Of a DNA stretch of 64,000 nt, positions 42,301 through 51,622 are shown piece by piece. Source of the DNA: an uncultured cyanobacterium. GTDB taxonomy: Bacteria > Cyanobacteriota > Cyanobacteriia > Cyanobacteriales > CAWUOF01. The stretch lies in the NCBI GenBank assembly GCA_963744145.1, contig CAVUSO010000001.1, positions 5,760,001 through 5,824,000 of the forward strand. The letters run 5' to 3'. The notes beneath the pieces are model-generated. The model had not been told where the DNA came from, searched no databases, and saw nothing but the letters and a program-made list of their open reading frames with translations. The stretch's first letter is position 1. Every line of letters begins with the position of its first letter. A program made the position numbers and the translations under genes.

Positions 42301-44052
42301 GCACAATCCTACAATTACCATATAACAACAATATCCTACAATTACCAGGGATAGTAAAAGTTTCTTCTGGCTCTATTGATGATTTGTTGAAAGGAGCCCA
42401 GCGATTACCACTAAAGAGTGGAGTTGATCCAGTAATACAATACGAAAAGAATGGTGGATGGTCATTAATTTGGGAAGATTATCAAAACTTGACAGAAGGG
42501 TTAAACCCTATACAAAAAGAAACTAGGGATGGTCTTCTTTGGGTGACTAAGCTTCCTGATGGAAGTAAAGCTATCGGTCGAAACTTTAGTTCTGGAAACT
42601 TGCTTACTATTGAAATTCAGAATCCAGATAGTAACACAATTAGAGATCAGATATATTGACCCTATGAGTCCAAGTTCTAAATTTCTTCCTAAAGACTTCC
42701 CTATTGGTGAAGACCCTAGTGTTAGCAGTGATGTCAACAGTCCAACTTCAACTGACATTAATAGTCCTGACTCCAAGATAGTTAGTCCAAGTGATAGTGG
42801 TAATTTTGATTCTGGAACAAGTAATTCAGGAGATAGCAATACGGCTTCAGATACTTCTAGCTCAAGTGATTCTAGTGCCAATGACTCTAGTGTTAGCAGT
42901 GATGTCAACAGTCCAACTTCAACTGACATTAATAGTCCTGACTCCGGGATAGTTAGTCCAAGTGATAGTGGTAATTTTGGTTCTGGAACAAGTAATTCAG
43001 GGGATAGCAATACTACTTCAGATACTTCTAGCTCAAGTGATTCTAGTGCCAATGACTCTAGTGTTAGCCGTGATGTCAACAGTCCAACTTCAACTGACAT
43101 TAATAGTCCTGACTCCGGGATAGTTAGTCCAAATGATAGTGGTAATTTTGGTTCTGGAACAAGTAATTCAGTGGATAGCAATACTGCTTCAGATACTAAT
43201 TTTCCCAGTGAAGGCGATTCTGCTAGTATTTCTTCAGATACTAATTCTTTGGGTGCTTCAACTTTGGGTGATGTTGCCAATACAGCTATGTCAGCAATTT
43301 TCATCGCTGATTCTTCCTTCAATCTTGCAAACGCATATCAACAAGATGGTGGACAATTTGGACAAAACTTTGATACAACAGCAGGCAGTGTAGCTGGTCA
43401 GGTTATCGGTGGGGATATTGGTGCAGAAGTAGGAGAGGCAATTGGTTTTACCATTGGGTCTTTTTTTGGTGGAGTAGGAGCAATTCCAGGGGCAGCTATT
43501 GGTAGTTTTGTTGGTGGTTTAATTGGTTCTAATGTTGGTTCTAATGTTGGTTCTAGCCTAGGTAGTGCCTATTATGGCGCAACTACTGGTGATAGTGGTA
43601 GTTATTCTTCTAATAATTATTCCGGTAGTAACTATAGTAGTAGCTATTCTAGTGGCGCAACTACTGGTGATAATGGTAGTTATTCTTCTAATAATTATTC
43701 TAGCAATAACTACAGCAGTAGCTATTCTAGTGGCGCAACTACTGGTGATAGTGGTAGTTATTCTTCTAATAATTATTCTAGCAATAACTACAGCAGTAGC
43801 TATTCTAGTGGCGCAATTACTGGTGATAATGGTAGTTATTCTTCTAATAATTATTCTAGCAATAACTACAGCAGTAGCTATTCTAGTGGCGCAACTACTG
43901 GTGATAGTGGTAGTTATTCTTCTAATAATTATTCTAGCAATAACTACAGCAGTAGCTATTCTAGTGGCGCAACTACTGGTGATAGTGGTAGTTATTCCTC
44001 TAATAATTATTCTAGCAATAACTACAGCAGTAGCTATTCTAGTGGTTATTAA
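39381..44052 (+). CDS. Leader-S8 peptidase-7-blade propeller-LGFP-like-putative RNase toxin-Ser/Asp repeats-glycine zipper-SSNNY repeats (~1556 aa if the +1 frameshift near 42645 is corrected)
   Basis: ORF 39381-42659 overlaps ORF 42559-44052 in the +1 frame; joining them gives [11 protein letters not shown](I/L)EIRY; S8 motifs DIDTG, HGT, AAGND, GTSGA. Confidence 0.8.
42716..43197 (+). repeat. 171-bp (57-aa) coding tandem repeat, ~2.8 copies
   Basis: GTTAGC(A/C)GTGATGTCAAC recurs at 42721, 42892, 43063. Confidence 0.93.
43576..44043 (+). repeat. 78-bp (26-aa [26 protein letters not shown]) coding tandem repeat, 6 copies
   Basis: Units start at 43576, 43654, 43732, 43810, 43888, 43966. Confidence 0.95.
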
Positions 44053-44066
44053 CTATGACATAAATA

Positions 44067-44107
44067 AAAGCCAATTATATACTAAATAGTCTAATATAGT
44101 TGGCTTT
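44067..44107 (+). terminator. Hairpin after S8 gene copy 2
   Basis: AAAGCCAATTATAT...ATATAGTTGGCTTT. Confidence 0.55.
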
Positions 44108-44208
44108 AGATAATACCACTACACAGATGATATTTAGATTATATCTAGCCAGAATAAATTTGGAATTAGTTCAATAACTAAAAATAGCTAAAACTGAAGT
44201 TAAAAAGT

Positions 44209-45300
44209 ATGACTCAAAATACAGTTATTAATACCAATTCAAATATAGATAGTCAAATTGAATACATTCATTCTTCTAGTTTTCCAGAATTACTACAACA
44301 ACTAGGAATATCCTTATTAGTTTCTACTTATCAAGCTGGTAAATTAATGGCAATAAGAGCTAAAAATAACCGGTTAACAACTTTATTGCGTAACTTTCAG
44401 CAAGTAAAAGGAATCGCTTTGTCATCTCAGCAACTAGCTATAGGAGTTCTTAACAGTATTTGGTTTTTTCGTAACATTTCAGAAATAATTCCTCTATTAG
44501 AAACTCCTAACGATTATGATGCCTGCTTTATCCCATTATCTTCACAAACCACAGGAGATATTCAGGTTCACGAAATTGCCTGGGTAGAAGAAAAACTTTG
44601 GATAGTTAATACTCGTTTCTCCTGTTTATGTACCCTTGATCCATACTATAGTTTTGTTCCATGTTGGCAACCTTCTTTTATTACTGCTTTAAAAAATGAG
44701 GATCGTTGTCACTTAAATGGATTAGCACTGGTTGATGGTCAGATCAAATATGTTACAGCTTTAGGAGAAACTGATCATGCCCAAGGTTGGCGAGAAAATA
44801 AAGCAAAAGGAGGATGTCTAATCGAATTCCCTACCAGCGAAATAGTGGCACGCGGTTTATGTATGCCTCATTCTCCTCGCTTTTATGATGGGAAGTTGTG
44901 GCTACTGGATTCTGGTAATGGTCATCTATTAGTAGTAGATTTAGACAAAGGTAGTAGTACCGTCGTTGTTGAGTTACCTGGTTTTACCAGAGGTTTAGCT
45001 TTTCACGATCGCTATGCTTTCATCGGTTTATCTCAAATACGCGAGAAAAAAATCTTTAGTGGATTACCAATAGAGGAAAAATTTTCTAAATTACAATGTG
45101 GTGTTTGCATTATTGATATCAAAACAGGTAAACCTGTAGGTTCTCTGGAATTTCAATCTGGCTGTACAGAGTTGTTTGATGTGCAAGTGTTCCCAAATTT
45201 TCGTCAACCAACTATAATTGGTTTCCAGAAAGACACGATCAATAATATCTTCGTTACTAAGGGATTCACTGAATTACCTCAAAATATCCAAATTGAGTAA
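44209..45300 (+). CDS. TIGR03032 / DUF4915 family protein
   Basis: SLLVSTYQAGKL, TGDIQVHE, VNTRFSCL, EDRCHLNGLA, GL.MPHSPR, PGFTRGL. Confidence 0.9.
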   Translation: MTQNTVINTNSNIDSQIEYIHSSSFPELLQQLGISLLVSTYQAGKLMAIRAKNNRLTTLLRNFQQVKGIALSSQQLAIGVLNSIWFFRNISEIIPLLETPNDYDACFIPLSSQTTGDIQVHEIAWVEEKLWIVNTRFSCLCTLDPYYSFVPCWQPSFITALKNEDRCHLNGLALVDGQIKYVTALGETDHAQGWRENKAKGGCLIEFPTSEIVARGLCMPHSPRFYDGKLWLLDSGNGHLLVVDLDKGSSTVVVELPGFTRGLAFHDRYAFIGLSQIREKKIFSGLPIEEKFSKLQCGVCIIDIKTGKPVGSLEFQSGCTELFDVQVFPNFRQPTIIGFQKDTINNIFVTKGFTELPQNIQIE

Positions 45301-45754
45301 GGAAAAAATAATCTTGGTTATTATCATAGATAACACTCAAATAACATTGAATTTGCTCCAGTTGACCAGCTAATTATTAACTTCCGACTACAAAGACAAT
45401 TAGCCTTTTTACCATAGAAAGTGCGATCGCTAGTAAATCTCCCAAGAAAAATCACCTTTCCCTATTGATAGAAAAGCGATCACCGCTATTTCCAATCTCT
45501 ATGTTTACTCTCAGAAGCGATCGCCATTGATAAAATATGCTCAAAAGGAAGAGGGGCGAAGCATTCCGGTCATAAATTGCTGGTGATTACCAATAACTGA
45601 TCTGCCGGAATGCTTCGCCCCTACAATCAACTGACATTATATCGCTTTTTTGAGATGTTGATGGCGATCGCTAGCAGAATCTCCAAAGAAGAATCATATT
45701 TCCCTATTTATAGAAAAGCGATCGCATCCATTCCCAATCTCTATCCTTACAATA

Positions 45755-45915
45755 ATGAGCAAAATTACCACCATATTGACTATTACAAACCGAACCGATC
45801 AATCTGCTCCAACACGCGGTTATATTCCCCCAGATCAAGTCCGCTCAATTACCCTAAAAAATGTGCTAGTAGATCCGAGAGCTACTAGCATGAGTTTACC
45901 CCCAGAAGCGATCGC
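45755..45915 (+). pseudogene. Aspartyl protease fragment truncated at a HIP1 site
   Basis: Matches the 5' half of 34581-35015 up to GAAGCGATCGC, then unrelated sequence. Confidence 0.8.
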
Positions 45916-45956
45916 ATTGATCCGCTTGCTGAATTTTCTGACCATATTTTTGTCAC

Positions 45957-46367
45957 TTAAAACGGATTAACAATTCTTGTTTTATTTTCAATCAGTTGAT
46001 TAGCCTGCATATCTTCTGAATATAAAATATCACAATTATGTTGTAAACCCGTAGCAACAACCAGACTATCCCAATAAGTATAACCGTAGGTTGAATTAAT
46101 CTCTAAAGCTGTCATCACTTTTAAAACATCTATTTCCACAATAGTAAAATTTGTTACCATCTCTAAAATAATCTGTTTCGCTTCATCTTTAGGTTTCAGG
46201 TTCTTTTTTGTCAGAACATTATAAAACTCGCCTAAAATCTGAGTGCTAATAATAATTGACGTAAAGTTATTATTAACTAACTCTCTCACTTTGACCGACT
46301 TATCTGGTGGATTTTGAGCATAAAGATAAACCCAAATATTGGTATCTAATAATACCTTATTTTTCAT
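45957..46367 (-). CDS. vapC: PIN-domain (VapC-like) toxin
   Basis: VLLDTNIWVY, STQILGEF, YWDSLVVA, LYSEDM. Confidence 0.9.
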   Translation of the reverse strand: MKNKVLLDTNIWVYLYAQNPPDKSVKVRELVNNNFTSIIISTQILGEFYNVLTKKNLKPKDEAKQIILEMVTNFTIVEIDVLKVMTALEINSTYGYTYWDSLVVATGLQHNCDILYSEDMQANQLIENKTRIVNPF

Positions 46368-46572
46368 AAATATCCTCTCTATTAAATTGATAGTTATCAG
46401 GGAGAGTAAAAGAATACCGTTCTACAAAATCAAAAAAACGTTTCTTTTTGACGGCAATTTCCTCAGTTTCAAAGACAATTACTTGAAAGCTTTTACCTTC
46501 CCACTCATCACTCAATTTTTCATCAAGTATAAGATTACCGTTATTACAAGTTGCTTGGAGAACTTTATACAT
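46357..46572 (-). CDS. Antitoxin partner of the PIN toxin
   Basis: 71 aa, overlaps the toxin start; ends F..P..YQFNREDIYE. Confidence 0.75.
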   Translation of the reverse strand: MYKVLQATCNNGNLILDEKLSDEWEGKSFQVIVFETEEIAVKKKRFFDFVERYSFTLPDNYQFNREDIYEK

Positions 46573-46728
46573 TTTATTTATGATCCCCTTTGAAAGTTTT
46601 ACAGGTTTTTTGCAGCAAATTTTTTGAGGTTATTTTTAAGATCATACACAGTATTTGCTCAAAAAACAAGTCCCATAGAGTTGAGGGCAAGCAACATTTA
46701 GCCCAACTTGATAAATGTAGTTAATATT

Positions 46729-46825
46729 GGGAGCATCTCAGTTTTGCAAAAACATGCTCAAAATGAGGCTGAAACGCTTGGTTTTTCGTTGCCTGAGAAT
46801 TGATTTGCAAATATGAGATGCACCC
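46729..46825. mobile_element. 97-bp MITE
   Basis: TIRs GGGAGCATCTCAGTTTTGCAAA / TTTGCAAATATGAGATGCACCC; 9-bp TSD GTTAATATT (46720-46728, 46826-46834). Confidence 0.85.
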
Positions 46826-46931
46826 GTTAATATTTCCCGATCTGATCAGATTCTAGCAAATCACCAGGTCATTCCGACCCAGCAAGTCCGCTATAATCAA
46901 GGAGAACCCAAATAAGATAAAATTAATTTCC

Positions 46932-47211
46932 ATGACTAACGAAGAAATCAAGCAACTGATTGAAAGTAATGCTAGAACTGCTCAATCTATTCTAGACTCA
47001 ATGGTTGAAGCTCGACAGGAACGGGAAGAACTCCGGGATGGGACGATCCAACTGCAAAATGCTGTGATCCGCTTAACAACTCTTCAAGAGGGTATTGCTA
47101 ACTTACTGGTTGCTTGCTTACGATGATCGCCGGACAATTCTGAGGAAGCTAAGTTTAATTGAGAACAAATTGGATAAAATTTTAGAGCGAGATAACAGGG
47201 AGAGCATATAA
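46932..47211 (+). pseudogene. Small coiled-coil hypothetical protein, +1 frameshift near 47120
   Basis: MTNEEIKQLIESNAR...GIANLL continues as DDRRTILRKLSLIENKLDKILE in the +1 frame. Confidence 0.65.
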
Positions 47212-47615
47212 ATCTGCAAATATTACTTTTCCGACAATTTATTGCAGTTTGTTGTTCTTTTTAAAGCGATCGCCATTAATAAAATCTGCTCAAAAAATGT
47301 TGATCAAGTCAAATATTAAATTCATCTATTGTTGGATAAAATGGTGATAGTGAAGAAATGCGATTAGCTTAAACAATTCGGAAGAAGAAGGGCGAAGCAT
47401 TCCGGTCATAAATTGCTGGTGATTACCAATAACTGATCTGCCGGAATGCTGATGCCTACGGCACGCTCTCGCGTTCGCCCCTACAATAAACTGACATTAG
47501 ATCGCTTGTTTGAGATGTTGATGGCGATCGCTAGTAGATCTCCCAAGAAAAATCACCTTTCCCTATTTATAGAAAAGCGATCGCCTCTCCACCAAAAACC
47601 CAACATTCATAACTC

Positions 47616-47936
47616 ATGCCATCAGGTAACATAATAACTGCCTCCGATGTCCTGAATTTCCTCATTACTGGAATCGACAAAACCACCTTAGCAACTGAAC
47701 TCACCGCATCAGGTTGGATATCCACCACAGCTAGAGGCGGTTCAATAAGTGGTAGTGGCGAAATCTGGACTAGCCCAAACAATCAATATAGCATCAGAAT
47801 TATGACTAAGCCCGATGGTTCATCCTATAGCCGTGTTTATAATGGCCCCGGAGGTGGCGCACCTGGAGAACAACCCCTCAACGCATTAGGAAAACCTGGA
47901 ACTCGTGCAGAAACCCACTTTAACCTACTTCCCTAG
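47616..47936 (+). CDS. Stand-alone toxin-like (putative RNase) domain
   Basis: GW...W.SP....SIRIM......Y.RVYN....QPL...GKPG.RAETHF pattern typical of polymorphic toxin tips; recognition only. Confidence 0.55.
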   Translation: MPSGNIITASDVLNFLITGIDKTTLATELTASGWISTTARGGSISGSGEIWTSPNNQYSIRIMTKPDGSSYSRVYNGPGGGAPGEQPLNALGKPGTRAETHFNLLP

Positions 47937-47956
47937 TCTAACCCCCAAACTCTATT

Positions 47957-48382
47957 ATGAACTTTGAAGAAATCTGGCAACAATACGACTTTACCGAAGC
48001 CGAATTACTCTCAATGGGATGGCAATTTCCCTATAACTACATCCTCAATCTCAACTATTACTGGGAACTCAATCCCACTCACACAAATTCTGAAATTGCC
48101 ACCACCGAACAACCCCTAAAACTCATCCTAAAATCCTGCATTCGGCTCGATATACAACTCAATTCCAATCCTGACGACTTAGAACAAATTCCCGCGAATC
48201 TTGGTACTATTATCGGCTGGGGTAAAGTCACCCATTCCCCTTGGTTAGAAAATCTCTTTCTTTCCCCTGATGAATGGCTACATCTATTTTTTGATATTGG
48301 TGGAAATAACAAAATTGAAGCCCTTTGTCAGTCGATCGTAATAGAACAATTAGCCAAACAATCCTTAGCCGTGATTTCCTAA
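47957..48382 (+). CDS. Putative immunity protein
   Basis: Acidic 141-aa ORF 20 nt downstream of the toxin-like ORF. Confidence 0.55.
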   Translation: MNFEEIWQQYDFTEAELLSMGWQFPYNYILNLNYYWELNPTHTNSEIATTEQPLKLILKSCIRLDIQLNSNPDDLEQIPANLGTIIGWGKVTHSPWLENLFLSPDEWLHLFFDIGGNNKIEALCQSIVIEQLAKQSLAVIS

Positions 48383-48431
48383 TCATTCAAAAAACTCAGA
48401 CATCAAATATCATCCCTAATTAAAGAGTGAA

Positions 48432-49577
48432 ATGATGATCGCATTATCCCAAAAATCGGCGAAAATTTGGTTAAGCATTCCCGAATATCCTTTAGCAACT
48501 ATTCCTTCCTCAGCTTATCTTCGTTGTTCCCTGATAACTTCTGTTAAAAATCTCCTAGAAAAATGCAACAATTTAGTTAATCCAGAAAGCGTAAACAATC
48601 AAAAACCTTTACCTGATCTTCAAGTCTTTTTTAACTCAATTCAAACCAGCAACCAGGTTTACCAAGCATCCTACTCTCGTCAATTAGCAGCAGGTTTCCC
48701 CTCCAACATTGAGCAAACCTCCTCCAACAATGATCCCAAAGACTGGTTTATCAAAACCGCAGATTTCGGTGATGATAACGATCGCGTGATCCAACACCGT
48801 GATGGCAAATTTACCCAACTCTTACAAGACATTGCTCGTTACCATCAAATCTACGAACAAGGTTATGACAAAATCATCCTCTTACGTCCCCCCATCTACA
48901 CTGGTTATGATATCCAACTGACTGCCGCGATGCAATGCTTAGGCTATACCAAAGAGCAATTTCAATTCATCATTGTTCAACCGCTCAAACTCTATGCTTT
49001 CCACCAATCCAGTCAAAAAATTCAGCCTATTCCCGATATTTCCTCACAAGAATTAATCACTAATCTTGGCATGAACGTCCTTTAATGGTATTCTTTGCGC
49101 GTTGCTCTCACCAGTATCGCTCCCATCGATATTAGCACTGCTACCGAACCAAGTCCAACTAATAGTCTATATCGGATTCAATCCGCCCATGTTCGTTGCT
49201 GTATCCTATTACAAGCAGCAGATCAGCAAGGTTTAATTGAGTTAGATCCGCGATCGCGCTCTAATTGGAAAATCATTCCACCTCTCCTTACTTTAACAGA
49301 ATATACCTGGGATTCTCCTCTTGCTGCTAGTCTAGCAACTCAACTACAAGCAGTTCCCGAAATTATTCAACAAAGTGCCAAGGAAATAGCTCCTCATTTA
49401 ACTTGTCATCACCTAGAAGCTATGAGCGAAACTTGCCATCAATGGTTAGACAATATGATATTAAACCCAGCAAACTTAGCCTTAATTTTAACAGCAAAGC
49501 AAACAATATTTGATTTGATGGAAAATATCTTATCTATCACTGTACCGGATTCAATGAATGGACTTGAAGGAGCATGA
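48432..49577 (+). pseudogene. Degenerate arginyl-tRNA synthetase-like protein (DALR domain), in-frame TAA at 49083-49085
   Basis: W.IKTADFGDDNDRVI...DG and NSLYRIQSAHVRCC resemble ArgRS; no HIGH motif seen; the two ORFs are in frame. Confidence 0.7.
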
Positions 49578-49924
49578 TCAGTGGCTAAATAAGCGATCGC
49601 AGTCCGAATCAACAAAAGAAGAAGAAGGGCGAAGCATTCCGGTCATAAATTGCTGGTGATCACCAATAACTGATCTGCCGGAATGCTTCGCCCCTACAAT
49701 CAACTGATATTATATCGCTTGTTTGAGATGCCTATGGCGATCGCTAGCAGATCTCCAAAGAAGAATCATATTTCCCTATTTATAGAAAAGCGATCGCCCC
49801 GATCGACCATCTCGCTAACTGACAAAACTACCTCTATTATTTAGGTGAGGATAAAATCTCAAGCGATCGCCATTGATAAAATATAATAAGCGAGCCAATT
49901 TTGATTAAATAACCATAAAATCTT

Positions 49925-50063
49925 AAACTTTTAGATTTTGTAGAGATTCTTAAACCAGTTTCTATTGAGAGATTAACTCTGGTAGAACCAGAATACAGAT
50001 CAATTCCTAGCTTACCTACTGGACAAGTGCGAACTATCCTTGAAGTTTATGATCAGGAAAAAT
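49925..50063 (+). pseudogene. DUF4926-like gene, N-terminal half
   Basis: KLLDFVEILKPV...SLPTGQVRTILEVY read manually. Confidence 0.55.
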
Positions 50064-50120
50064 GGCTTTTCCTGTAGCCAGATTTTTGATATAATGGAAA
50101 AAATATACCATAATCCACTT

Positions 50121-50345
50121 ATGCTAGAATCAGTCCAAACCTCACGACTCCAACAAGCGCTCGATACAGTAGAATCTTTATCGATTGAAGAACAAAACCT
50201 AGTCATTGAAATTCTGCTGAAACGACTCCAGAGAAAACGTCGAGAACAACTACTGCAAGAAATTTCAGAAGTGCGCCAGGAAGTATCTCAAGGTATAATC
50301 CAATTTGGTTCTGTAGGAGATTTTCTCAAAGAGTTAGATGAGTGA
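50121..50345 (+). CDS. Antitoxin
   Basis: LQQALDTVESLSIEEQ...GSVGDFLKELDE; overlaps the toxin start (GTGA). Confidence 0.75.
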   Translation: MLESVQTSRLQQALDTVESLSIEEQNLVIEILLKRLQRKRREQLLQEISEVRQEVSQGIIQFGSVGDFLKELDE

Positions 50346-50620
50346 AAAAAATTGCTTGGACTCCCAAATCTTTACGAGCATACAAACGCCTAATTCGTCA
50401 ACAACCTCAATTGCGAACTGCTTTGGAAGAAACTCTCATCCAACTTGCAATTGATCCTTTTCATCCTACACTCAAAACTCACAAACTATCTGGTGAATTG
50501 AATGGCATTTGGTCAGCTTCAATTGACTACAGTTATAGAATTTTATTTGAATTTATGACAAATGATTCTGAAGATGCAATTTTACTCCTGAACATTGGCG
50601 ACCACGATGATGTTTATTAA
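50342..50620 (+). CDS. RelE/YafQ-family mRNA interferase toxin
   Basis: DPFHPTLKTHKLSG...WSASIDYSYRILF...IGDHDDVY. Confidence 0.88.
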   Translation: MKKIAWTPKSLRAYKRLIRQQPQLRTALEETLIQLAIDPFHPTLKTHKLSGELNGIWSASIDYSYRILFEFMTNDSEDAILLLNIGDHDDVY

Positions 50621-50630
50621 GGCAAAATTT

Positions 50631-50768
50631 AGGTGTTGCTTAATTAGGGTATGAAAATAGGTAATGGGAAAATCCATTAGGGGCACAGTATGGGCCATTA
50701 GGGGCGTATTGCAATACGCTCCTACCAATTTTTGCATTAGTCATTCATACTGTAAATCAGCAACACCT
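50631..50768. mobile_element. MITE-like element with internal REP-like hairpin
   Basis: Imperfect TIRs AGGTGTTGCT..GTATGAA / TTCATAC..AGCAACACCT; no clear TSD. Confidence 0.55.
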
Positions 50769-50775
50769 ATTAAAG

Positions 50776-51153
50776 GGATAGGATAAGCATTGTGATTCAG
50801 GGAGAAGGTTTTACAGTCAAAAAAAGCAAATTGGACTACTTTTTGGTTTTGTTACATCTACCCCGCGCAATGCGAAGAGATCCTCAAATAATTTAGAAAA
50901 CCTAAAAGCCATGCCCCTAACTTGTTATATTGTGGAAATCCTCATCTTGGAGGAGGTAACGATAGCAATAACGGAAAATGAGGTACTGGTTTTTAATCCT
51001 GGTGGAGCAATCCGCTATAATTGCGATCTGCCTGACATTCCAGAAGAAATCTCAATTGTCGGCACAAATTTGCTAATTAAAACCATCGCTGGTGATAATT
51101 TAACCATTAATTCGATTGCTGGTAATCTCAAAGAAAAGGCACTATCTGTTTAG
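50776..51153 (+). pseudogene. Internally deleted second copy of the 35607-36496 toxin/immunity pair
   Basis: 5' of toxin (..AAAACCTAAAA) is fused to 3' half of immunity gene (GCCATGCCCCTAACTTG..). Confidence 0.85.
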
Positions 51154-51187
51154 AGGAAAGGGTGTAATCTTTGCATGAACCAAAATC

Positions 51188-51622
51188 ATGTCTACAGAAC
51201 AAATGGGCAAAATCACCACTACATTGACTATGACAAACCGAGCTGATCAGATTCTAGCAAATCACCAGGTCTTTCCAACCCAGCAAGTCCGCTCAATTAC
51301 CCTAAAGAACGTACTAGTAGATACAGGATCTACTACCATGAGTTTACCCCCAGAAGCGATCGCCCAGCTAGGTTTAGAACTGCTGCGATCAGTTGATGTT
51401 ACCACTGCGACCGGACTCAGTAAAGCTCGCATTTTTCGAGATGCTAGTATTTTACTAATGGGACGAGAAGGCACCTTTGAATGTCTAGAATTACCTGGTG
51501 GACGAGATGCTCTTTTGGGAGTGATTCCGCTCGAAGCATTAGGAATTGAATTGGACTTACAGAATCAGCAATTAAAAGTTTTACCCGAAACCTCGATCGA
51601 TACCTATTTAACCATCTTGTAA
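51188..51622 (+). CDS. Clan AA aspartyl protease, paralog of 34581-35015
   Basis: VLVDTGSTT; near-identical C-terminal two thirds. Confidence 0.85.
   Translation: MSTEQMGKITTTLTMTNRADQILANHQVFPTQQVRSITLKNVLVDTGSTTMSLPPEAIAQLGLELLRSVDVTTATGLSKARIFRDASILLMGREGTFECLELPGGRDALLGVIPLEALGIELDLQNQQLKVLPETSIDTYLTIL

Larger units (their letters stand above)
33923..49797 (+). repeat. Dispersed ~61-bp HIP1-bounded repeat, 8 copies (33923, 34465, 35292, ~36620 partial, 45423, 45664, 47524, 49737)
   Basis: GCGATCGC-TAGTAAATCTCCCAA..AATCACCTTTCCCTATTTATAGAAAA-GCGATCGC consensus, all in the same orientation. Confidence 0.85.

Noticed and set aside
42630..42660. Programmed ribosomal frameshift in S8 copy 2
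   Set aside because: No slippery heptamer seen, and similar +1 breaks hit unrelated genes such as comM
42501..44089. ORFs 42501-43322 (-), 43133-43393 (+) and 43565-44089 (+)
   Set aside because: Shadow frames kept open by the tandem repeats of the Ser-rich coding frame
45610..47634. ORFs 45610-45888 and 47446-47634
   Set aside because: They start inside REP/HIP1 repeat sequence and are likely spurious
33890..49800. CRISPR array
   Set aside because: Repeats are irregularly spaced and separated by genes rather than 30-40-nt unique spacers; no cas genes
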